Assembly: GCA_964234715.1 (NCBI GenBank)
Contig: OZ174280.1
Direction: 5' to 3' (one strand)
From: Podarcis melisellensis
Taxonomy: Eukaryota
DNA length: 64,000 nt
Shown: positions 1 to 11,800 of the stretch, piece by piece
Layout: every line of letters starts with the position of its first letter
How positions within the stretch are numbered: the first letter of the stretch is position 1
Translations under genes and position numbers: made by a program
Notes under the pieces: model-generated
Database searches by the model: none
The model's input: only the letters and a program-made list of their open reading frames with translations
What the model was told of the DNA's origin: nothing

Positions 1-817
1 GCCTCCAATGTTCTGGGCAGAGAGGAAGTTCCCAGGCTAGTGTGCCTTTTCTTCTTTTGTTCCTTAATTACTTGAGGGATATCTTGAGTGATTTCTTGAG
101 TGATATCCTGAGTACCACTTAGGTGGGTCATTAGGTGTGGATTAGTTGCTAAAGTCTTTGTGTCTTGACCTCTTGAACTTTGTGAAGAGTTTTTCTGAGA
201 AGATGGCTGTACTGCACTTAGTTGTGCTCTGGCTTGGCTTCGTGTATAGGGGCGAGCTGTGGTTTTGTGGCCTGTGTCAGCCAGATCTGTGTAGGGATTG
301 CAGGGGGGTGCAGCATCCGGAGGTGCCACCATGGTTTGGCTACTGGATGGTGTCTGTAATTTATCTGTGGAGAGGGTCTGGGTTTGGGTCTGGTGTGGTT
401 GATTGGTGATGGCGTTCTGTGTGCCTCTGGATCTGGTGTCAGTTTTTGTGGGGAGGGCTAATTTCCAGATGTCTGGCAAGCGGGATGTGTCGTCACGCTT
501 GTTCATGTTGTGAGGGTGTTTCTAAGTGGTACTCAGGATATCACTCAAGAAATCACTCAAGATATCCCTCAAGTAATTAAGGAACAAAAGAAGAAAAGGC
601 ACACTAGCCTGGGAACTTCCTCTCTGCCCAGAACATTGGAGGCTATACACCACACCCCCTCAACAGTATTTATAGGAACTCAAACACTGAGATCCTGCTC
701 TGTTCCAGTAACAAGAAGCCGAAAGCACCAGCCTGAAGATGACGAGTGAGACCTCGTCGAAACGTCGCCTAGACACCCCAACTTTTACACGGGAAGACAC
801 CCGAGGACACCAAAACC

Positions 818-820
<3 letters not shown>
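1..820. mobile_element. Penelope-like retroelement (5'-truncated minus-strand copy plus inverted pLTR), runs off the window start
   Basis: Bases 1-122 are the exact reverse complement of 522-643. The minus strand 521->1 is stop-free and begins KHPHNMNKRDDTSRLPDIWKLAL, resembling the end of a PLE GIY-YIG endonuclease. A hammerhead core lies at 733-766 and the element ends at a (TA)n tract. Confidence 0.8.
728..772 (+). ncRNA. Minimal type I hammerhead ribozyme motif (PLE-associated)
   Basis: CTGAAGA (733-739), T, stem II GACGAG/CTCGTC (741-746/753-758), GAAA (759-762), then CGTC. Stem III is the palindromic ACGT; predicted cleavage after C766. Stem I is only about 2 bp in this copy. Confidence 0.7.

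Positions 821-877
<57 letters not shown>
821..877. repeat. (TA)n microsatellite
   Basis: Pure AT dinucleotide run directly after the Penelope-like element. Confidence 0.95.
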
Positions 878-880
<3 letters not shown>

Positions 881-3558
881 GCAGTAATATAAATACATAA
901 ATATAAATACAGTAATACTAACGTTCCTTTAGCCACTTGTGCAATTAGTTTTACACATTTTATTGACCACCATGAGCCAACATTTTGAGTCTGAATTAAG
1001 TCTATTGAAATTTAGTGTGGCCTTAGAATACACTGAAAACTGTTGTGGAGAGTGACAGTTAAGTTTTAAATAAAAGATAAAATAACTTAAACCTGAACAT
1101 AAGTTGAACCCAATCATAACAATGTTGTATCTCCTCTGAAAATATCAATATATTCTATGCATATTTATTGAGAACTGTGTTAGACCTTACTCATAGAGAG
1201 ATTTGCAGTGTGCAGGAGGCATCTAGCTAGGTAAAGGAAATGAACAACTTAAATTTCAGTCTTGGTCTTCAGGATAATAATGCATGTTGTAAAATTAATA
1301 GAATTTATTGTTGAATTCTGTAATTTCAAATCTGGTTTGAAGAGCAACAACTATTATATACCACCAGTACCAAACATTAGAATTAAGAAAATAAAACAAC
1401 ACAAAAGCAATCCCTTAAAATTAATTAGCGGACTCTTAAATCCATTATCAGTGAAAGAACTTATAAAAGAGTTATTGTGTTAGGATTCTCTCACATGTGT
1501 AGGAACTCTGTCGCTCCAGCCCTTCCTTCATTTCAGTTAATACTCCTGCATGTGGGGCATCTAACTTTACCAATAGTATAGTAAGTTCCATTTAGGGAGG
1601 GGAGCCCAGTATGAGTAGTAAATAAGAAAGTTAGCAAAAAATTTAAAAGGTTTAAAAGGTTCTACAAGAGAATCCAGTACTTTCAAAGGAGATGATTTTG
1701 CAGAACTAATCCATAGTTAAAACATCCCAAGTTTTGCTGGATTACTTGTCTGTTGACTTCATTTTTGTCCTAATTTTTATATTGCAACGTTACAGTTTTT
1801 TATTTAACGCTCATACTGATATAATCTAAATGTATAGAGGCATCATTCTTTTTAATGCTATATTTAGTAGCACTGTCCCTATCAGTTTGGTAGAGGAATG
1901 GGACAGCCCACATTACTGTACAGTAGTGATTACTGAATGGCTCTGATGCCCCTGGTATGCAGACATACTAGTTTATAAATTGAGGGGTGAAACTAAAATA
2001 GCTGAAGGACTGAGGAATGTTCAGTGGCCTCTAGGAACCAGGAGATGCTGAGAGTAATTGTGTGTAGTTGGAGTAGGAGGTGAGAAGAAAACTGGGGAGA
2101 GGTGGCTTGGCCTGCTCAAGCCCCTAACAACAGCTTGTGTCCTGGAGGTGTAGATTCTGGAGGGGAATCAATAAAGCACTTGAACAGTAGGGAAAAGTTT
2201 CATTAGGGTGGGAGAGACAAAAGGTGTCCTCTTTAATTTGTCTCTCGTCTCTCTGTCCCCCCATTCCAGGTTTTCTGGAATCCTGTTAGGAGTTGAGGAT
2301 ACGGAACAGCTTTTTGTTGCACATCCCACTCATATTTCTGTATTTAAGAATTATTTTCCCATTGATATATGCACCTCTGTTATAAACTTAAGCTTTTGAT
2401 TCTCTTCAGATTAACTAGTTGGTATCCAAGTGGCAATACTAAACTGCTTTTCAGAACCTATGTCAGTTTCATAGTACAGTATCTGAATTTTCATTCTCCT
2501 TCTATCCTTTTATTCAGCGAGCTGCTAGAATGGTTTTTCCCTTATCTGTGTAAAAGAAAGTTACCTCCCTGTCTGCATCTAGTGTTGAACATATATCATT
2601 TCAGCAGCTACTTCTGTTCTAACTATTACGTTTAAGACCAACATCCTGTCTGGGAGCACAAAACGTTATCCACAATTGGGAATATTTTACATTCATAGGA
2701 AATGCTGCATTCTGTATCTCATTATTGTAACACAACATTATTGTAACAAATGTTTTTAAAAAACATTTTGTTAATTAGCCATTCCTGCCATATGTGAATG
2801 TCTGCTCTTCTTTTAGAGCCACTCAAGTATTTTCTGAAGTGCTTCCTTTTTCATTTTTATCATTTATCATATATAAACCGTCTTGAAATTCTTCTCCTTA
2901 AAACCTTTTGATGAATGTATGCCGATCTAGCAGGATAAGCCCATAGTTTAAAGCAGTTTCTTTTTTAATACGTCAATGATTCAGATGTAGGTGTGCATCC
3001 CTGTCTAGGACCATTTGTTATGTGTGACTGTTGCAGGCAAATAATCTGTAGATTAGAGGCAATATGTATTAAAGCCCCTATCTGTATATTCCTGTTGCCT
3101 TTTTAAAGTTTCAAATTTGTTGCTGGTTTCATCTGTCTTTGTTCAATCTTATTTTAAAAAGTCTTGACAACTCTAGGTAGGACTTTTTCAATCCTTCCAG
3201 CAAGCAAGCCTTCACATTTTGTCCACTTTCCGGTCCATTTACAGATTCTAACACCTTTCCAGCAAGAAAATATTATTAGAGAAAAGGAAATTATGGTTAT
3301 TATACTTGCAAATATCACTAAAAGCTATTTTGATGTTTTGAAAATATATTTAATAATAGTGCATTCTTTTTCCATTAGGTATCATTTCAAAGACCTGCGT
3401 TTCTTTGGAATAAATTACAGAATAATATATAAAATGGGATATCTCTGGATGGGAGATTCCTTAACTTCTAGTTAACTGATTTTTGACCATTAGCTCCCTG
3501 CTAATTTTGTTACGCCTGATTTTACTAATAGAAAATAAGCAAAGGGCATACTTAAGAC

Positions 3559-3712
3559 CAGGCCCGTGCACAGTGGGGGGCAGCCAGTTTCACTTGCCCT
3601 GGGCCTCAGAGGCCTAAGCCAGCCACAGACCGGCTGCTTTTTTGTTTGAGTTCATAGCTTTAGTCTAACAAAACTCCTGCCCTGGGCCTCAGACAAGCTC
3701 TGTGTGGGCTTG
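3559..3712. mobile_element. hAT-type MITE
   Basis: Perfect 8-bp TSD CTTAAGAC (3551-3558, 3713-3720); imperfect TIRs CAGGCCC.../...GGGCTTG. Confidence 0.75.
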
Positions 3713-4434
3713 CTTAAGACTCAATATAATTATGCAACATTTAGCTTCTAATACATTAATATTTGTGGGGTTTCATTATGTAATTCATATAAATTCAACC
3801 AAGGAATCATTGATGTGTCCTTCTATGTAGGAAAATGTGATGCTCTCGGATAGCCCTTCATTGCCCTGCTTTTCCTCCAAGCTAGTTTTGACCTGCCATC
3901 CACTAAGCTTTTAGTTTCTGATCCCATCCACCCTGGGACAGAAAAAAAAGCTCCTCTGAAGCCTGATGTTCTATGTTCTTCTCCAGAAACTTTTCAGGAT
4001 ATCTGCAAAGAACTGGAATGGATCATTGCTCCTATGGTGAGTTGGGAAACCCCCTTGTACTTCAGCTGGCCAGATCTGTTTCTTACTCCATAAGAATGCA
4101 GGACGCAGTTAATAGAAAGTTTTGACTCAAAGGAAAGCTTAGAAAGCTTACATGGAATAAGGAGAATAAATAAATTACAAGAGAAAATGGAGTGAGAGCA
4201 AGCACACTGCACTTTCTGTGTTCTCTTCTAATGGCCTTTGCTGCGTGCTGCTTCAAGATGCAAAAGCCAAGCCTCAACCCCAGGCACTTTTTGTTTCGCT
4301 ATGGGCTGAGCCTTGTGTCGTCTCCTGTCCATGTGTTAGTCGCACAGCATACATTTCTACTGTTTCAGAATAGCCCTGTCTTCCTCTCCCTTTTGCCTCA
4401 TTTCAGCACTCAGCAGAGTGAAACCAGCTGAGTA

Positions 4435-4675
4435 CAGTGGTACCTCAGGTTAAGTACTAAATTTGTTCTGGAGGTCCGTTCTTAACCTGAAACTGCTCTT
4501 AACCTGAAGCACCACTTTAGCTAATGGGGCCTCCTGCTGCCGCCGTGCCACTGGAGCACGATTTCTGTTCTCATCCTGAAGCAAAGTTCTTAACCCGAGG
4601 TACTATTCTGGGTTAGCGGAGTCTGTAACCTGAAGTGTCTGTAACCTGAAGCGTCTGCAACCCGAGGTACCACTG
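4435..4675 (+). mobile_element. Tc1/mariner-type MITE
   Basis: TIRs CAGTGGTACCTC.../...GAGGTACCACTG flanked by TA; same family at 7556 and 27014. Confidence 0.9.
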
Positions 4676-7280
4676 TATTAGATTGGTCTCTGGACATCCA
4701 TGCATACCTTGGGTTCTCTTGGAAGAGGAAGGAACAGGTTTTACCCAGTCAATAGAAATGTTAATCTTCCTTGCCTATTATGAGTTGTGGACTGAACAAT
4801 CAACTATTGGGAGACAGACTATCCAGCCGCTGTTTCTAAATATGTATACATGTGCACAGAGATGTGTGAGAGATTTATGCATACAGGAAGAATGTCATGG
4901 GCATAGAATCATGAAGTAAGGCTGACCTATCTAGAGTAAGATGAAATGACTGAAACATTGCGCTAAGGAAATTCCGTTTGGCAGGCATCAAGACCAAAAT
5001 GTAATGACGGACTTTTGAACATTTTGCTTTAAAGAGAATTAGACTACCAGGATTGCATGTTTTATCTTCAAGTCTGTCAAAGGTTTTAGCTCTGAATTAA
5101 AGCTCAAGATGATTAATATTATTATTATTAACAATTTGGGGGCATTTGACTCAACAGCTACCTTCCGTGTGCCCTCTAAACCTGTTCTAGGGGTTTATCC
5201 AACCCTGCAGAATGGATTTGCTTAGTGGGGAACATGCAGGAAGGGGAAAGAGAAGTTCCATTGAGCAAAGAGAAATTTGTTCACTTACAGAATGAGCTAA
5301 TTGAATGCTGCTCTATAGACATTGTGTTTAAATATAAATCTGCTTGATTAATCAGGCATCTTTGATTCAGTCTCTGATTATTGTTTAATCTATTAAGCGT
5401 TGTAGCCCCAGAGATGATTATTTTCCTCTGAAGCCACTGCCGCATGCCTAAACATTGAACGTTTTTTTAAAAAAGTTCACTTAATGTACATACTGAATTT
5501 GATACCTCAAAACCATGTTTAAATGTGATTATTGACGTACTCCCCTTCAGTGAAATGAAGAGACTCAAAGAGGTCAGTTGCAAAAATGAGCTTCCAGCTT
5601 GGAGGGTTTATTGTTAAAGGTAAAACTTCTTGCATAACATCTCTGCTGCCTTATGTGAGGAGATGCAGGCACTAGAAGGAAATCACAGATAAAGGCTATC
5701 TAGCAGAAAAATACCCAGCAGCAAGGCATTAACTGTTGCCTAAGCAAGATTAGTTGTTCTTATTAGTTGAGACATATCTTTTCTAACTTTTCCCTCCTTT
5801 ATGTCTCCTAGAGACAGCATTGGTTTCCTCCTTTGTTTACTGCCATCAGCGTGAGTCATCTTGCATGCTGAATGTTGATTTGCACATCCAATTTTACTCT
5901 TTAACTTGCACTCTTGTCTGACCACATCAGTTTTTGTGTTTCCATGCTTGGGAGTCCCATGACAGTCATAACAGGCAAACCAATGTTAAATGTTTGTTTT
6001 GGGAGTAACAGAAAGAGAATTTGGGAGGATCTAGCGATACATGGAATAGCTGAAACTTGCTAGGATTTTTTTAGTAAAAAAATTAAGCCTAGTAGTGAAT
6101 TAGTAGTGGCTTCATAACTTTTATCATAATTCCTCTGTCAGCTGTTGACAGATCTTGCTCATGCCTTGGCTACAGCTTTGCCGGTTTTCTGTGGGAATCT
6201 AAACGTTTGCTGTTTAATTGATATTGAAAAGATTAATGTGCCAGACCCCATGAGTGCTTAAAACAACTTTCCCTCTAAGATGCCTCTTGATTTTCCTTAT
6301 GCCTTTACCAATTCATCTGCCTAGTTAAGTTTCCATAATGGTAATTTAAGGCTGCAAGGCTGGCCTAAGAAGCGATGATGATATTTGAAGCAGCAGTTCC
6401 CTTAGAATGACATTTAGGGCACAAGGATGTCAATTTTGTACAAATGTGTACTTATGGATACTTGGTCATAACTGACATAATTTGTGTATAACTCATAGCA
6501 TAGACCTTATTTTTAACATATTTATTATTACTTGGCGCTCTATCCAGAATATCAAACATACTTCAAATTAGACGCTGTGACAAGCTAGAAAAATACCTAA
6601 CATGCTCCTGGTTTCTTCTGGGAAGCATATTGGAGGTGCTGAGTGTGCCTAGGATTGTGTATAATGAATTGTTGTGTCTGATGTAAAATAATACTGTATA
6701 TCTAAAGCTCAAGCAGATATTAACTGACTCAGGAAGGGTATCTCAGAAGCTATTACAGCATTTAACTGTTCGTGTACTTATAAAAAATATCTGGATCAAA
6801 GGAGCACAAGGCAATTTACAGAATATCAAATGCATGGTGTAAAGACCTTAGTTGAATGGGAGTCATCGGAGGGGATTTCAAAAGTTATGGACTTGGCAAG
6901 TGCTTGAATTCAAGGAGGGGCTAAGGCCTAATTCTCACTTAAATATCTCTTAATTTTTCTCTTGGCTTTACCACATCATCTGCCTACTTAAATTTCCATA
7001 ACCATAAATCTATGTCACAGTTGTACCAGTTCAGAATGCACATGACTGCTTAGACTGATGCTTCTCTGTACAGAAACTTCCCTCTGTTTAGAAAAGTAGA
7101 TGTTTGGGAGAATGTGTTGCGGAAAAGCCTTCCATTATGAGCCTGTATCCTGCAGTCTGAAGTGGTATAGAGTTGTAGAATATATGCAGGTTTATGGCCT
7201 CATTAAAATCTAGGCCTAACTATCTGGCACACTGAGAGTATAAAACACCGATGAGTTGCTTCGCTGGATAGCCTTCTAGG

Positions 7281-7458
7281 CAGTAGTTCCCGATTGGCTA
7301 AGTACCGTGGACCCTCCTACTTTTGAAAGCCAAGCCATGGACCCTCCTACTTTTGAAAGTTTTGATATCTGTGTGATAGTTTTTGTTATGTGAATGGTGC
7401 CACAGACCACCTGGGTAGGTTATGCAGACTCCCAGGGACCACCAGTTGGGAACCACTG
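7281..7458. mobile_element. hAT-Charlie-like MITE with internal 22-bp direct repeat
   Basis: TIRs CAGTAGTTCCC/GGGAACCACTG with TCTAG-type target flanks; TGGACCCTCCTACTTTTGAAAG occurs twice. Confidence 0.65.
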
Positions 7459-7555
7459 TTCTAGAGGAATTAGGTCACATTCTTGTTGCTGGTTTCCTGT
7501 TTGCTCTGTGTACCTTGCCAGGGGGTGGGTGGGGGTGGAGTGATATTTCCTACTA

Positions 7556-7780
7556 CAGTGGTACCTCGGGTTAAGTACTTAATTCGTTCCGGAGGTCTGT
7601 TCTTAACCTGAAACTGTTCTTAACCTGAAGCACCACTTTAGCTAATGGGGCCTCCTGCTGCTGCCGCACCACCGGAGCCCAATTTCTGTTCTTATCCTGA
7701 AGCAAAGTTCTTAACCTAAAGCACTATTTCTGGGTTAGCAGAGTGTGTAACCTGAAGCGTATGTAACCCGAGGTTCACTG
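7556..7780 (+). mobile_element. Tc1/mariner-type MITE
   Basis: Near-identical to 4435-4675; TA flanks. Confidence 0.9.
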
Positions 7781-8226
7781 TATACTGTGCTTAGACTTGT
7801 TTAAAAAACAAAAGATAAAACCCATAGGAATGAAAAAAGGGCCTTTTGCACATAGGGTTTTAAAAATCGCCCCCAAACAGTTTTGCTGACCCAAGTGCCC
7901 CCCAACTGTTCTTGGATTATGTAATTTACCATCCCTGATAATTGGCCATGAAATCTGGGAGTCCAAAACTTATTGAGGGCACTAGATTTTGGAAAGGCAG
8001 CCCTGAAAAGAATTATTTTTTCTTCTTCTCATTTAGAAGCATTTCCTGAATTTCTTCATTAAAAACAAAAGGAAATACGTAAGTGGTTTGCGTCTTTCTC
8101 CAATTCCACTTGAATGCAGGTAGGGGAGGTTTCTTGTTGTAGATGAAGACTGGGTGGAGTGTCAGCTGCAAAGCTCGGGCTGCTCCAGCCTTAATGTTAA
8201 AATCCTATTGCTTTTGCTGCCTACAG

Positions 8227-8890
8227 GAAGTGGACATTGTGGTAGCTCCTTGTCGGGGATTCCAGTCAGCTGAAGTCACTTTGGGAGAATACGTGAACCA
8301 TTTCCTTCCAGTCATCACGTTTGCTATCAGTGAGGCAGAACTCTCCACGCTGGATGTGAATGAACTGCAGGAGATTAAAGAGAAATTCTCTCTGCCCGTC
8401 TTCTTTTTCAAAGTGCCAAATTTGGGTGCTGAACTGATATCTCCTCAGAATGCGGAGAATGAAAAGTCGTCCCTTTACCGGCAGCTGCTGGATTTAGGCT
8501 ACCTTAGTACGAACCATTGCAGCTGTGGAGCTCCCAGCTCTGATGCCAAAGCCCAGAGCATGCTGGTGGAACAATCGGATAAGATCCGTCTTCTTAGCAC
8601 TTTCTCCAGGCAGGTGCTGCAGCAGCGCTTGGTGGATGCAGCGACCGTCTTGAACCTAGTGCACTGCCGTTGCCTGGACATTTTCATCAACCAGGCCTTT
8701 GATATGCAACGAGACCTTCAGATCACTCCAAAGCGTCTAGAGTACACACGGAAAAAAGAGAACGAGCTGTATGAATCTCTGATGCTCATAGCTAACCGCA
8801 AACAAGAGGAGATGAAGGACATGATCATTGAGACTCTCAATAACATGAAAGAAGAACTGCTGGAAGATGCTGCTAATATGGAATTCAAAG
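8227..8890 (+). CDS. DSTYK: DSTYK exon (exon 3 by human numbering) EVDIVVAP...AANMEFK
   Basis: ctacag|GAAGTG ... AAAG|gtaatt; 664 nt. Confidence 0.95.
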
Positions 8891-11800
8891 GTAATTTCCG
8901 GAAAAACCAAAAGCCTTAAAAATGTTGTTGGACTCCAACTCCTATCAGCATCAGTCAGCATGGCTAGTGGTCAGAGACGATGAGGGGTTTAGTCCAACAA
9001 GAACAGGAGGCTGTGTGTCAGCTACCTCTGTTTTCAACTTTTTTCACCTGCTGCGTGCATGCACTTCAACTCTGAGCAAGCCGTTGTAAAGTGAAATTCT
9101 TCATCAGATTTCTCTCCCCCCCCAATAATCTGTAAAGAATGTCAGCATAGAGTAGCGTAATGTGTTTATCTAAAATGTCAAACTTTGCAGATATTTGTAT
9201 CCAAGTGAACAAGATTTGATTGTCTTAAAAGCTTGTAAACATCTCTTGAATACAGTTTTATAACTGTAATCAAAAGTGTGACCCAACCTGGGTATAAACA
9301 CTTAAAACAGCACAATCTTATATATTTCTACTCAGAGGTGAATCCTGTTGCATGCAGTGGGGCTTATTCCCAGGTACATTATATAAGATTATATCTTGTC
9401 ACACTGAACTAAATTGGAAAGATGTAAGCCAATGCTTAGCTCCCCATTGACATCAAAGGATCAAAGTGATTAATTTATTGCAATATTTCAGAACCAATCC
9501 AGTCCAGCTAGTGAGGCTTTCATTGCACTTTAGTCATTAAATTTACTTTACACTAGTTCTGGTTGGCTGCTAATATGCTGGAATTGTGAAATTATGCTTC
9601 TTTTCATTCTTGGATTTCCTTCTGTTCCCTCTAGATATTATAGTTCCTGAAAACGGAGAGCCTATTAGTTCCAGAGATGTTAAATGTTGCATTAAGCAAA
9701 TCCAAGAACTGATAATATCACGGTTAAACCAAGCAGTTGCCAACAAGTTGATAAATTCTGTGGACTATCTGCGGGAGAGCTTTGTGGGAACACTGGAAAG
9801 ATGTCTGAAGAGTCTGGAGAAATCTCAGCAAGATGTTACAGTACATATCACAAGCAACTATCTAAAGCAGGTAAAAGTAACACAAAATTACTGACCTGGT
9901 ATTGCAGATCAGTTTCTAGAATGCTGGCTATAGCCTGTAATCAGTGGTGACAAAGTGAATTGGTAAAATAATTTGATATCTTTTGTGTTATGGCGCCAAA
10001 CAGATTTTTGCTTTAAGTTGTAATTCAAGGAAAGAATTTGAGCTCATTGCAATTCTTCCAGATTACAAATGAAGACACTTGCTTTTAAGGTATTATATTT
10101 GTTTGCTTAATGTACCGAATAAGCAATTCCTTCAGTTTTCAGTGGCTTATTTAATATATTTTCTGCTTATAGATACTGAATGCAGCCTACAATGTTGAGA
10201 TCACCTTTCACTCCGGTTCAACAGTATCTAGAATGCTATGGGAACAAATCAAGCAGGTATGAAATATTCTGATAATAAAAGCTCTCTCCTAGTAACTGTA
10301 ATAGGACCTTATCTTTGGTAGATCTGCCCTTGTCTGTACCATCCTTTGAGTCTCTCTGTCCCTCAACTGACATGTTAGCAGCCATTCCAGCAAGCTGCCT
10401 TAATAGGGAAGATGGGAAGCAGGGCTTATTCTATCAGCTCTGCTGAAATTCCAGCTCCATAAAGAATCTCCATTCTAGTTGGTCATTACAAGAACTACTG
10501 TTTAAGAATTGGCACATGGTTTTGCTTTTTTCGTCCTCCTTTCCTTTTCCCTTTTCCTTGTATGTTGTATTTTTGTATGTATGCTGGCTTGTTTTTATAA
10601 ACCTGCAGGCCATCCTGTTTAAACTGACTGAATGTCGGTGGCTTTGGGAGCATTTTCAGCTGAAGAATGTGGTAAAAATGCTGCAATATCACCCACATAC
10701 CCATACCACAGTTGCAAACAAACAACTTGTATTCTCATTCACTCATTCCCCATTATTCTGATTTTCTTGTTATTTGGCCTGTATGGTGGGTGACATCTAA
10801 TGATGTCTACCTGCTTGCACAGCAGAAATTTACTTACACAACTGGGTGTGCTGTTTCTATTCTTCTCCCACAACTCAGCTGAAATGTGCTCCGGAGGGTC
10901 TCCTAACCCTCCTGTGAAGGTTCAGGGGGCACATGGCAAGTTGCTGGGGAGAGAAGAAATACCATCACATGCCTTACCTTGGACAGGTGAAACTGAAAGT
11001 AGACCTTTTAATGCTTGAGTTTTGACAATAAGACATATGTCTTATTCAGATAATACAGCGGATTACTTGGGTGAGCCCACCAGCTATCACCACAGAGTGG
11101 AAAAGGAAAGTAGCTCAGGATGCCATTGAGAGTCTCAGCGCATCAAGGCTGGCCAAGAGCATCTGTAGCCAGTTCCGAACAAGACTATACATTTCTCACG
11201 ATGCTTTTGCAGCTTCCTTGCGACAGGTCAGTTGAATTGTTGTTCATCGCAGTTCTCTTTAGATGAAATTTAACCATTTTTCAAATAATTGACAATTGCC
11301 TGCCTATCCTCTCTCTACTCCTTGCCACTAAAAAAAGAAGAAGCCGCCGCCACACAGGCGCTCTGCTGTTTCTTCTGACTTTTAAAGACGGGCAAAAATG
11401 GCTATAAAAGCACTAGCAGTTCTTGTTCTATGGTACTGGAGGACCATTGGGTCATTATTGCAATTGCTTCTTCTAGGGGCATTTTAGTGGTGATAGGGTT
11501 CATTCTCCAGCTCACAAAAGTGGGTTCATTCTCCAGCTCACAAAGGTGCCTGAGGATGTGCCTTTTTTGGCGGTGTCATGTTGAGCTTTAAAGAACTAAG
11601 TAAGCTTAGCTATAGTAGTGGTCTCTAAAACCTATGGAGAAGTCGAGAGTGCTGCGTTTTCTCTGCCTTCCTAGGTACTATGAACCTCTGTTGATGGGAA
11701 ACTGCACCTTTTTATATAGTTTTGCTAAACTAATGAGGCAACACAAGGGCTGTGGTAGCACATGAGACTCTTAATCTCAGGGTTGTGAGTTCAAGCTCCA

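Noticed and set aside
2240-2340. Strong polypyrimidine acceptor in the DSTYK intron
   Set aside because: In-frame stop after 8 codons and no convincing donor nearby.
4480-4670. Regularly repeated TAACCTGAA motifs resembling an array
   Set aside because: Internal subterminal repeats of the mariner-type MITE; eukaryotic DNA, not CRISPR.
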